A DNA stretch of 56,473 nucleotides from an uncultured Desulfobacteraceae bacterium (GCA_964631805.1 CAZWAE010000002.1:2528-59000); one strand, 5' to 3'. Positions 27,701 through 37,058 are shown, counted from the first letter of the stretch. A program made the numbers and translations. Notes: generated by a model not told the origin, from the letters alone.

Positions 27701-29247
27701 TTACCTGCTCCGAGGACTCCCAGCAGCGAATGAAGGAACTCATCAAGGAGCACAACCTGAACCGGGTGGTGGTGGCGGCCTGTTCGCCCAAGACCCACGA
27801 GGGGATCTTCATGGACACCCTTGAGGCCACCGGGTTGAACAAATACCTGTTCGAAATGGCCAACATCCGGAACCAGAACTCCTGGGTCCACGCGGATGAC
27901 CCCGAAACCGCTACGAAAAAGGCGAAAGACCTTGTCCGTATGGCGATAGCCCGTTCCCTGACCCTCAACCCACTTCAGGAAAAAGAGATTCCGGTCAACC
28001 AGCGGGGCCTTGTCATCGGGGGCGGCGTGGCCGGTATGAATGCGGCACTGGGTCTTGCGGAACAGGGGTTTGAAACGGTCATCGTGGAAAAAGAGGAAAG
28101 CCTTGGCGGCAATGCCAACCGCCTGAAATTCACCATAGAGGGTTCCGATGTACAAGCCTACCTGAAAGAGCTGGTGGAAAAGGTCTCGGCCCATCCGGGT
28201 ATCCAGGTCCTGACCCAGTCGCTCATCGTCGGGTTCTCGGGATTCAAGGGCAACTTTACCACGGAGGTGCTGGTGGGCCCGGGCATGTATGAAAGAAAGA
28301 TCGACCATGGGGTGGTCATTCTCGCCACCGGGGCCAACGAGTACCAGCCGAAGGAATACCTCTACGGCGAAAGTGACGCTGTTGTAACCCAGATCGAACT
28401 GACCGACATCATCGAGGATAAGGGTGCCGATCACCTCAACCAGGTGGTCATGATCCAGTGTATCGGTTCCCGGAACGAGGAAAATGTCAACTGTTCACGG
28501 ATCTGCTGCCAGAATGCGATTAAAAACGCCATCCACATCAAGAAGAAAAATGCTGATACGGATGTGTTTATCCTCTACCGGGATATCCGCACCTATGGCC
28601 TCCTTGAAGAGTACTACAAGGAAGCCAGGGATCTGGGGGTGATGTTCTTCCGCTACGATCCGGATAATCCGCCGGTTTCTGAAAAGGCCGGAGAAAAGGT
28701 GGCGGTCACCTTCGAGGACCATGTCTTAAAGCGCCGCTTGAAGGTCAATGCGGACCTGCTGGTGCTCAGCGCCGGACTGGTGGCCGAAGACACCGAAGAG
28801 CTTGCATCCATCGTCAAACTGGCACGGAACGCTGAAGGGCACTTCATGGAAGCACATGTTAAATTGCGGCCGGTCGATATGGCCACCGAAGGCATTTTTG
28901 TCTGCGGAACCGCCCACAGCCCGAAATTGATCAACGAGTCCATTGCCCAGGCCTATGCGGCGGCCTCGCGGGCGTCCACCTTCCTGGCCCAGGACCGCCT
29001 GACACTCTCTGCAGTAACGGCAACAGTGAAGTCCGAAATGTGTGCATCCTGCCTTGTCTGTGTCAGATCCTGTCCTTACAGTGTGCCGCGTATCAATGCC
29101 GATGGGGTCAGTGAAATTGATGAAGCGTTGTGCCAGGGCTGCGGTGTGTGCACCGCCGAATGCCCGGCCAAAGCCATAGAGCTGAACTGGTATGAAGATG
29201 ATCAACTGGAAAGCAAGATCGAATCTTTGCTTGAGGGGGTACTATGA
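24766..29247 (+). CDS. hdrL: Large HdrA-like flavoprotein (HdrL type: HdrA module with inserted GltD/NfnB-like NAD(P)H module, second HdrA-like module, C-terminal 2x[4Fe-4S]); in-frame UGA at 24991-24993 read as Sec
   Basis: Track ORFs 24766-24993 and 25030-29247 are in the same frame (offset 264). The junction reads [11 protein letters not shown]-[TGA][12 protein letters not shown], which as I recall matches the HdrA ..FPTNDCSxC.. motif. Also [31 protein letters not shown] and [14 protein letters not shown]. Confidence 0.8.
25009..25026 (+). other. SECIS-like hairpin
   Basis: CUGGUC-GAGGUC-GGCCGG: 6 bp stem (or 7 bp with an AGGU loop), starting 19 nt from the U of UGA 24991. Confidence 0.5.
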
Positions 29248-29678
29248 GTAAGGCGTTCAATCCGATTATACTGTCCTTTTGCTGCAACTACTGAGGGTAC
29301 ACCGCCGCGGACCTGGCAGGTTCGATGCGTCTGGAATACCCGGCCAGCATTAAAATCATCCGTGTCCCCTGTACGGGAAAGGTGGATGTCCAGCACATCC
29401 TCCGTTCCTTCGAGAAAGGGGCGGATGGGGTTTATGTGGTGGGTTGTATGGAAGGGGATTGCCACTTTAACAGCGGCAATTTAAGAGCAAAGAAACGTGT
29501 GGAGCAGGCCGCCAAGATCCTTGATACCGTCGGAATCGGGGGGGATCGGGTCAGGATGTACAACCTTTCCTCCAGCGAGGGACCGCTATTTGCACAGTAT
29601 GCAAGGGAGATGGAAGAATTAATACAAAATTTGGGACCGAGCCCTCTGAAGCTGGCTAAAAAAAAAAGGGCGGCGTAG
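29244..29678 (+). CDS. mvhD: Methyl-viologen-reducing hydrogenase delta subunit-like protein (MvhD); in-frame UGA at 29292-29294 read as Sec
   Basis: The ATG overlaps the hdrL stop (ATGA). Reads [16 protein letters not shown]-[TGA]-GYTAADLAGSMRLEYP.., where I recall MvhD proteins having CCNWCSY. The rest (IIRVPCTGKVD..YVVGCMEGDCHF) is canonical. The track starts only at 29325, same frame. Confidence 0.8.
29308..29324 (+). other. SECIS-like hairpin
   Basis: CGGACC-UGGCA-GGUUCG: 6 bp stem including one G-U pair, starting 17 nt from the U of UGA 29292. Confidence 0.4.
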
Positions 29679-29760
29679 GTCTCTAACGGATATGTGGATT
29701 TTAACGGAACCGGGCCATTTGGAACATGACCATTTAAACTAAAAAAAGGGGTCTCATCTT

Positions 29761-30429
29761 ATGATTGTTGCCGACAAAAAGCCAATCGAGGAAATAATTG
29801 AGGAAATCAAAGAGTATGAGAATATCCTGATCCTGGGTTGCAACGAGTGTGTAACGGTATGTGAGGCAGGGGGAAAAAAGGAAGTGGGCATTCTGGCTTC
29901 GGCGTTGAGAATGTATTTTCTCAACCAGGGCCAGGAGGTCAAAATTGATGAACGCACCTTGGAACGCCAGTGCGACCACGAGTATCTCGAGGAGATCCGG
30001 GATGTCATCGACAAGTATGATGCCGTTGTCTCGCTTGCTTGCGGCGTCGGGGTTCAGTTCACCGCAGAAAAATACATGGAAAAACCCATTCTGCCAGGGG
30101 TCAACACCACTTTCCTGGGGGCAACGGAGGAACGCGGTCTCTGGACGGAAAGGTGCCAGGCCTGCGGGCAATGCATCCTTGCCAGGACCGGCGGCATCTG
30201 TCCGGTATCCCGCTGTGCCAAACGTGTTCTCAACGGTCCTTGTGGGGGGTCTACCGGTGGCAAATGTGAGATCACCAAGGGGGTGGACTGCGCCTGGCAG
30301 ATCATCATAGACCGACTCGATGCGCTGGACAAAATGGACACGTATGAGGAACTCAGCCCCATAAAAGACTGGTCCACTGACAGGGCCGGGGGACCCAGAA
30401 CCGTAACAAGGGAGGATGTGCAGCAATGA
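29761..30429 (+). CDS. metV: MetV-type protein (methylene-THF reductase C-terminal zinc-ribbon-like domain)
   Basis: CQACGQCILARTGGICPVSRCAKRVLNGPCGGSTGGKCE. It overlaps the metF start by 4 nt (ATGA). Confidence 0.75.
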   Translation: MIVADKKPIEEIIEEIKEYENILILGCNECVTVCEAGGKKEVGILASALRMYFLNQGQEVKIDERTLERQCDHEYLEEIRDVIDKYDAVVSLACGVGVQFTAEKYMEKPILPGVNTTFLGATEERGLWTERCQACGQCILARTGGICPVSRCAKRVLNGPCGGSTGGKCEITKGVDCAWQIIIDRLDALDKMDTYEELSPIKDWSTDRAGGPRTVTREDVQQ

Positions 30430-31358
30430 AAGTAAAGACACCGAGCAAACTGGAAAAGGTTCTTGCCGCAGGACATCTTGCCGTTACGTCCGAGTGCGGC
30501 CCGCCGAGGGGCAGCGACCCCGAAGCGGTCATCAAGAAAGCGGAACTGATCAAAGACCATGTGGATGCGGTTAATATCACCGACAACCAGACGTCGGTGA
30601 CCCGCATGTGCAGCCTGGCGGCCTGCATCCGGCTCAAACTCATGGGTCTGGAGCCGGTCCTCCAGATGGTGACCCGGGACCGGAACCGCATCGCCCTGCA
30701 GAGCGATATTCTGGGCGCCGCCTCCTTTGACATCCGCAATATCCTCTGCCTCTCCGGAGACCACCAGAGTTTCGGGGATTGCGCGCAGGGACAGAACGTT
30801 CATGATCTCGATTCCATGCAGCTGCTTCAGACGGTCCGGCACATGCGGGATGAAGGGAAGTTTCTGGGAGGCGATGAGATCAAACGGCCGCCCGAGATGT
30901 TTGTCGGCGCCGCCGCCAACCCCTTTGCGGATCCTTTTGAGATCAGGGTGCCCCGGCTGGCCAAAAAGATAAAAGCCGGTGCCGAATTTATCCAGACCCA
31001 ATGCATCTACAATCTGGACAAGTTCGAGGAGTGGATGCGCCGGGTGAAGGAAAGAGGGTTGCATGAAAAAGTCCATATCCTCGCCGGTATGACACCCATG
31101 AAATCAGCAGGGATGGCCAAGTATATGAAAAACCGGGTGCCGGGAATGGATGTCCCGGACGAAGTGGTAAAACGGTTGTCCGACACCCCGAAGGAGAAGC
31201 AGGCCGAAGAGGGGGTCAATATTTGCGTCGAAGCGATCCAGCGGCTGAAAGAGGTCGAAGGGGTCGCCGGGTTTCACGTGATGGCCATCGAATGGGAGGA
31301 AATGGTCCCGGAGATCGTCGAAAGAACCGGTCTGTACCCCAGACCCGAGATGGACTGA
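30426..31358 (+). CDS. metF: Methylenetetrahydrofolate reductase (MetF paralogue 2)
   Basis: 310 aa. [41 protein letters not shown] and FIQTQ. Confidence 0.85.
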   Translation: MKVKTPSKLEKVLAAGHLAVTSECGPPRGSDPEAVIKKAELIKDHVDAVNITDNQTSVTRMCSLAACIRLKLMGLEPVLQMVTRDRNRIALQSDILGAASFDIRNILCLSGDHQSFGDCAQGQNVHDLDSMQLLQTVRHMRDEGKFLGGDEIKRPPEMFVGAAANPFADPFEIRVPRLAKKIKAGAEFIQTQCIYNLDKFEEWMRRVKERGLHEKVHILAGMTPMKSAGMAKYMKNRVPGMDVPDEVVKRLSDTPKEKQAEEGVNICVEAIQRLKEVEGVAGFHVMAIEWEEMVPEIVERTGLYPRPEMD

Positions 31359-31403
31359 TTCCAACGGATAAAAGGTAGCTGAACCCAACCAAAGGAGGAC
31401 ATC

Positions 31404-31793
31404 ATGAATGACAAAAAGAGAATTCTTGTTGTCGATGACGAACCGGATTTCTGTTCCATCGTGCAGGGGCAGCTTGAAAAAGAGGGATATGACGTAGAAC
31501 TGGCGTATAACGGTGTGGAGGGACTGGAGAAAATCCATGCAAATCCGCCGGATGTTATCGTACTCGATGTGATGATGCCTGAAAAGGATGGTTACGAGGT
31601 CTGCAAAGAACTGAAGAGTGATGAAAAAACAGCGGACATCCCGGTCATTCTGCTGACCGCTGTTGCATCTCACGTGACGTCGACGCGATACTCTCATGCA
31701 GACGGCATGAGTACCGAAGCCGATGATTATATAGCAAAACCGGCCTCTGCAGAAGAGATTTGCCAGAGCATCAAGTCACTTCTTGGGGAATAA
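31404..31793 (+). CDS. Single-domain CheY-like response regulator
   Basis: ILVVDDEPDF, VIVLDVMMPEKDG, ILLTA and YIAKP; all canonical receiver residues are present. Confidence 0.85.
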   Translation: MNDKKRILVVDDEPDFCSIVQGQLEKEGYDVELAYNGVEGLEKIHANPPDVIVLDVMMPEKDGYEVCKELKSDEKTADIPVILLTAVASHVTSTRYSHADGMSTEADDYIAKPASAEEICQSIKSLLGE

Positions 31794-31811
31794 GAAGACG
31801 AGGAGTAAAAC

Positions 31812-33131
31812 ATGTCATCAGAACCAATAGTACTGAAACCCAAAACAGAAAGTACATTCAAAGAGCAGGTGGCGGATCTGCTTCCGGACGGAGGCAACCT
31901 GAACCTGTGCCTGACGTGCGGCCTCTGCTCATCCGGTTGCCCGGCCACCGGTCTTGAAAACATGGACCCGAGGAAATATCTCAGGATGGCTTCCCTGGGG
32001 ATGGATGAAGAGGTTCTCACCTCCAAATGGGCCTGGATGTGTACCATGTGCATGCGATGCATCCATGCCTGCCCCATGAAAATCAATATACCCCAGCTGG
32101 TCTTCAATGTACGGAGCAGATGGCCCAAAGAGGACCAGCCCAAGGGGATCAGGAGTTCCTGCGAGATGGCGGGCAGAAACGACACCTGCAGTGCAATGGG
32201 AGCTTCCGAAGAGGATTTCAAATTTGTGGTGGAAGATGTCCTGGAGGAATATCAGGAATCGCAGCCAGAGTTCAAGGATATGCAGGCACCCATCAACAAA
32301 GAGGGATCGGAGTTCTTTCTCAACCAGAACTCCAGGGAACCGGTCACTGAGCCCGACGAGATGGTGCCGTTGTGGAAAATCCTGCATACTGTCGGTGCGG
32401 ACTGGACCTACGGGTCAAAGGGATGGGCTGCGGAGAACTACTGCCTTTTTGTCGCCGATAATGAAAAGTGGAAAGAAAACGTCAGCATCAAGGCCAAGGC
32501 GGTGGATGACCTCGGCTGCAAGGTCTGGCTCAACACCGAGTGAGGGCACGAATTCTTCTCAGTCCGGGTCGGACTGGATAAATTCAAGATCGAGCATAAG
32601 TTCGAGGTTAAAAGCATCATAGAATACTACGCCAAGTGGATCCGGGAGGGAAAGCTCAAGGTTAATTCGGACTGGAACAAGGATATCAAGGCAACCTTTA
32701 CCGTTCAGGATCCCTGCCAGCTGGTTCGAAAAAGCCTGGGAGACCCCATCGCGGAGGATCTTCGGTATGTGGTGAGATCGGTGGTAGGAGAGGAAAATTT
32801 CATCGACATGACCCCCAACCGTTCCAACAACTATTGCTGCGGCGGCGGGGGCGGTTTTCTTCAGTCCGGATTTCCGGAAGCCAGAAGATACTACGGCAGG
32901 ATGAAATTTGAACAGATCGACCGCACCGGCGCCGATTACTGCATCACCCCGTGTCACAACTGCCACGCACAGATCCATGACATAGGAGAGCATTATGAGG
33001 GGAAATACCACTCCCTTCATATCTGGACCTTGATCTGTCTCTCCATGGGGATTCTCGGTCCAAACGAACGGGAATACCTGGGGCCTGAACTTAAAGAGGT
33101 TCTTCCTTTTCACCCCGAATCGGCCATGTAG
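31812..33131 (+). CDS. HdrC/HdrB-fusion (HdrD-like) Fe-S oxidoreductase with CCG domains; in-frame UGA at 32541-32543 read as Sec
   Basis: Track ORFs 31812-32543 and 32769-33131 are in the same frame (offset 957) with no other stop between them. HdrC part: CLTCGLCSSGCP and CTMCMRCIHACP. Junction: VWLNTE-[TGA]-GHEFF. As I recall, HdrD-type proteins have ECGH at this position. Second CCG domain: DPCQL..YCCGGGGG..TPCHNCH. Confidence 0.75.
32560..32576 (+). other. SECIS-like hairpin
   Basis: CAGUCC(G)-GGU-(C)GGACUG: perfect 6-7 bp stem starting 20 nt from the U of UGA 32541. Confidence 0.55.
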
Positions 33132-33147
33132 TAAAAGTAGCGAAAAA

Positions 33148-33180
33148 GCCCGGTACCGCACCCGGTGCCGGGCTTTTCTC
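33148..33180 (+). terminator. Rho-independent terminator of the met/hdr operon
   Basis: GCCCGGUACC-gcac-CCGGUGCCGGGC followed by UUUUCUC, 17 nt after the stop codon. Confidence 0.7.
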
Positions 33181-33234
33181 ACGAAACGGGTTTCCTCATC
33201 CGCTCCAGCGGCAAAGGACCGCTTCTTTCATAAA

Positions 33235-34050
33235 ATGAAGATTTTCTGCATCTTGAGCGATGAAAGGGCTTACCGGTCCAAATCCCCCGAAATATTCACC
33301 AATGTATTAAAAGATGTGGGGATCAATGGTACCTACGTCCCTTTCAAGGTTGCTCCGGATCAGATCGGTCAGGCGCTGAAAAGCCTCAGTGTGTTGAATA
33401 TCGCCGGTGCCAATGTCACCGTGCCTTATAAAGAAGCTGTCATTCCCTTCCTGGATGTTCTATCCGAAGGGGCCAACATCATCGGCGCCGTCAACACCAT
33501 CGTACGCAACGGCGAAGAACTTAAGGGATATAACACCAATGCCATCGGCATAATGGATGCCCTGACCGAAGCCAAATTCGATCCCGAGGGTAAAACCGCT
33601 CTTGTGTTCGGCACCGGTGGCGCCGCCCGGGCCACCACTTTTATTTTAAACTGGCTCCGCACCGGAACCATTTACGTTGTTGGAAGAGATGAAAACAAAA
33701 CAAAGGGTATCATTAATCAATTTGGCGGAAAAAAACTATTAATGCAGGATATGAAAAACAGGGTTCCACCTGTGGATATTGTCGTGAACGCCACCTCAGT
33801 ATCAAGCGCCGACGAGTCCGCTGATTTGGCAGCGCTGGTGGAAGGCATCAAGTTGCCCCGTTGTGAATTGGTCCTGGATCTCAACTACGGGCGGACGGAC
33901 AACTTCTGGGAAACCCTGGCTCGGCGAAACGGGGTGGCTTTCATGGACGGACTCCCGCCGCTTGCCTACCAGGCCAGACGAACCCTGGCGCTCTGGACCG
34001 GCCTGCAGATCCCGCCGGAAGCGTTTCTAAACGCGATGGAAAAGAGATAG
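33235..34050 (+). CDS. aroE: Shikimate dehydrogenase
   Basis: SKSPEIFTNVLKDVGINGTYVPF, GANVTVPYKE, GAVNTIV, GYNTNAIG and VFGTGGAARA. Confidence 0.85.
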   Translation: MKIFCILSDERAYRSKSPEIFTNVLKDVGINGTYVPFKVAPDQIGQALKSLSVLNIAGANVTVPYKEAVIPFLDVLSEGANIIGAVNTIVRNGEELKGYNTNAIGIMDALTEAKFDPEGKTALVFGTGGAARATTFILNWLRTGTIYVVGRDENKTKGIINQFGGKKLLMQDMKNRVPPVDIVVNATSVSSADESADLAALVEGIKLPRCELVLDLNYGRTDNFWETLARRNGVAFMDGLPPLAYQARRTLALWTGLQIPPEAFLNAMEKR

Positions 34051-34087
34051 GGCAGAAGAGAGATCATCGCCCGGATTGAATATTTGC

Positions 34088-35608
34088 TCAATGGGGTACA
34101 ACAGGGATTAAAACCGTAAAGGTCGTTCCCTCTCCAGGCATGCTGTCGACCTCGATCAACCCCCCCATGGAATCCACGAGGCCTTTAACGATCGGCAGGC
34201 CGAGACCTGTGCCTGTTATGTATCGTGTTCTGTCATTTTTCACCCGGTAAAACCTTTCAAATATCTTTTCCAGATATTTGGCTTCAATCCCGAAACCGTT
34301 ATCCGCAACCCTTACACGCATGTTAATCCCGGCAAGGTCCAACGACACGGTAATTTCTCCGCTCTCCTGGGTATAATTGATGGCATTGGCGATGAGGTTT
34401 CCGAAAACGCTCTCCAAGGCCAAAGGGTCGGCTGTTAAGGTCTGCAATTTCTCCCCGGGAAGGTTCAGCACCAGTGACTGCTTTTTTTTGTCCGCCCGTG
34501 TCTTTAGAAATTCAACGATATTGATAAGGAGCTGATCGATTTCAACCGGTTTAGGATCTTTGCAGATCAATCCCTCTTCAATCCGGGATAGGTCGAGGAG
34601 GTCTCCGATAACTGAAATAAGCCCCCTGGTTTTCTCCTGGGCCCGGGTCAGGATATACTGATCATTCTCCGGCATCTCTCCCATGAGATCCCGAAGCACC
34701 AGGGCCAGCTGCTCGTGGATTGTTGACAACGGTGACCGCAACTCGTGGGAGACCTTGGCGACAAATTCGTTTTTCAGCTGGTCCAGCATCCTCATGCCGG
34801 TGATATCCATCACGTTGACAACGGCCCCGAGGCATTCGTTTTTTTCGCCGAGAACCGGCTGTCCCTTTGCCAGAAGATATTTTTCATCGGCAATCGAAAA
34901 TTCGTAATCGGCAATGTCGTCAAAATCGATATGCCGTCCCTTCGAAATTTCCAAAATCAGATCGCAGAGGCCATGATCGGGGATATACGCCTCGATACCG
35001 CGGCCGGTTTCGACCTCTCTGGAGAGATTCAAAAGCTGGCGGAAGGCCGGATTTACCAAGACCACCTGTCCGTTGGAATTGGTGACGATGACCCCGTTGG
35101 GCAAGGATGAGAGGATGGTGTGAATCCGGCTTTTCTCCGTATCCAGATCCATCATAGTTCTTCGTTTATCCTCCTCAAGCCTTTTGGCTTCCCTTTCAAG
35201 GGAAATTTTTTCTGCAGCTCGGTTCACGGTGATTCGAAGCTGATCCGGCTCAAACGGTTTGGGAATAAAATCATAGGCCCCGAGTTTCATCGCCTCAATG
35301 GCGGTCTCAACGGTGGCAAACCCCGTGATGACGATAACGAGGATGGACCGGTCCTGCTCGCGTATTTTCTCGAGGACCTCAAACCCATCGATGCCCGGCA
35401 TTTTCAAATCCAGCAGCACAATGGCGATATCTTCCCGGTCGATGATCTCAAGCCCCTCATCCCCCCGTGACGCGGTCCAAAGGTTGAAACCGATCCGGGA
35501 CAGAATCCTTTCCGACCCTTCCCTGATATCCCTTTCGTCGTCAACGACAAGTATGCTGATAGTGTCAAGGCTACTGTTCACACTCTCTCCCTCCGCTTCT
35601 CGCATCAT
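34088..35608 (-). CDS. Response-regulator receiver - PAS - histidine kinase hybrid
   Basis: ILVVDDERD..VLLDLKMPGIDG..KP, then a PAS region, H-box VSHELRSPLS and HATPase motifs (DNGFGI, GTGLGL). Confidence 0.85.
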   Translation of the reverse strand: MMREAEGESVNSSLDTISILVVDDERDIREGSERILSRIGFNLWTASRGDEGLEIIDREDIAIVLLDLKMPGIDGFEVLEKIREQDRSILVIVITGFATVETAIEAMKLGAYDFIPKPFEPDQLRITVNRAAEKISLEREAKRLEEDKRRTMMDLDTEKSRIHTILSSLPNGVIVTNSNGQVVLVNPAFRQLLNLSREVETGRGIEAYIPDHGLCDLILEISKGRHIDFDDIADYEFSIADEKYLLAKGQPVLGEKNECLGAVVNVMDITGMRMLDQLKNEFVAKVSHELRSPLSTIHEQLALVLRDLMGEMPENDQYILTRAQEKTRGLISVIGDLLDLSRIEEGLICKDPKPVEIDQLLINIVEFLKTRADKKKQSLVLNLPGEKLQTLTADPLALESVFGNLIANAINYTQESGEITVSLDLAGINMRVRVADNGFGIEAKYLEKIFERFYRVKNDRTRYITGTGLGLPIVKGLVDSMGGLIEVDSMPGEGTTFTVLIPVVPH

Positions 35609-37058
35609 TTGTTGGCAACTCGATTTTGAAGGTCACGCCCCCTGTAATGCCGTTTTCCAGCCAGACCTTCCCGCCGTGATTTTCCACAATGCTGTAGACC
35701 AGGCTCAATCCCAGTCCGGTGCCCTCCCCCTCCTGTTTGGTGGTAAAAAAAGGTTCAAAAATACGGCCGATAATTTCTTCCGGAATTCCGGGTCCGGAAT
35801 CGGATATTTCGATCCGGACCCCCCGATCGCCCGGCAGCATCCGGGTGACCAGCTTCAGGGTTCCCTCTCCGTTCATGGCCTGGACCGCATTTAAAATAAT
35901 GTTCATGAATACGTGGTTGATCTGCTGGATATCCACTTCCACCGTCCGAAGCGAGTCGGACAACGCCTTTTCGACGATGATGTTGTGAAAAAGCGTTTGG
36001 TTTTCGAGCAGAAATAGTGTTCGGGACAGAGCCTTGTTGAGATCATGAGGTTGCCGGAGATGGCGGGTCTGGCGGGAAAACTCCAACAACTCCTTGACCG
36101 TATCCCGGCATCTTTCCGCATCATTCAAAATCCGATTCAGATCTTCCACTGCTCCTTCTTCCAGTTTGTACTCCTCCAAAATCAGCTTGGTGAACAGGGT
36201 AATCCCCCCCAGCGGATTGTTGAGCTGGTGGGCAACTCCGGCAGCCAGTTTCCCCAAAGACGCCATTTTTTCCGATTGATACAGCTGAAGCTGCGTTCGT
36301 TCCAGGTCTCTTTCCATTTCGAGTTTTTCACGCATGTCGTGAAAAAAACCGATGGTCGCCGCTTCCACGCCTTTCTCGTAAAGGATCGCCGCATTCAAGC
36401 TAATGGGAATGATATCGCCCGCCCGATCAAATACGTCCACCCGGTAATCGGTCAGTTTACCCTTTCCGCCGTGACCCTCCCCGCGCAGTTCCCGCATCAC
36501 TTCGTAAGCACCATCCTCTGGATAGATATCCATGATGTTGAGATCGTCCAATGCTTGCGGGATAGTGAACCCGAAGACATTTGAGGCGGCTTCGTTGAAT
36601 ATGATCACCTTGCCGGTTTTATCCGCGGCAATCACGCAATCCACCGCGCTGTTGATGAGATTCCGCAATATGGCATTGCTGCGAAGCAGTTTTTGCTCCA
36701 GCTCGCTAGTCGTGGGGAGATCGAAGTCCATGCTGACATAGGATTCCACCTTGTCGCCGGCATATATGGGATAGGCGTAGTAGCACGGCATCCGGACCAG
36801 GTCCAGGGAATCCTCGGGCTTGGGTCGCAAAACGGGCACACCGGTCTCTATCACCTCCTGAACCGCACAATTTTCACACGGGGACAGGCGGCGGTGGAGC
36901 ACCTCGAAACAGCGGTTCCCGACCAGGTCGCTGTTTCTGATCCCCGAAAACGGGGCGCTCGATGCCAGGATTTCAAACTCCGGGCTGACCACGATAAATC
37001 GCTTGCCAAAGCAGTCAATGGCCTTGAATAGGTGTTCCTTCTCGGCATCCGTTCGCAT
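35571..37058 (-). CDS. Sensor histidine kinase with an N-terminal Cys-containing PAS-like domain, a PAS domain, HisKA and HATPase
   Basis: GNRCFEVLHRRLSPCENCAVQEV..RMPCYY, H-box AAGVAHQLNNPLGG, then DSGPGI and GTGLGL. It overlaps the downstream kinase gene by 38 nt. Confidence 0.85.
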   Translation of the reverse strand: MRTDAEKEHLFKAIDCFGKRFIVVSPEFEILASSAPFSGIRNSDLVGNRCFEVLHRRLSPCENCAVQEVIETGVPVLRPKPEDSLDLVRMPCYYAYPIYAGDKVESYVSMDFDLPTTSELEQKLLRSNAILRNLINSAVDCVIAADKTGKVIIFNEAASNVFGFTIPQALDDLNIMDIYPEDGAYEVMRELRGEGHGGKGKLTDYRVDVFDRAGDIIPISLNAAILYEKGVEAATIGFFHDMREKLEMERDLERTQLQLYQSEKMASLGKLAAGVAHQLNNPLGGITLFTKLILEEYKLEEGAVEDLNRILNDAERCRDTVKELLEFSRQTRHLRQPHDLNKALSRTLFLLENQTLFHNIIVEKALSDSLRTVEVDIQQINHVFMNIILNAVQAMNGEGTLKLVTRMLPGDRGVRIEISDSGPGIPEEIIGRIFEPFFTTKQEGEGTGLGLSLVYSIVENHGGKVWLENGITGGVTFKIELPTNDARSGGRECEQ

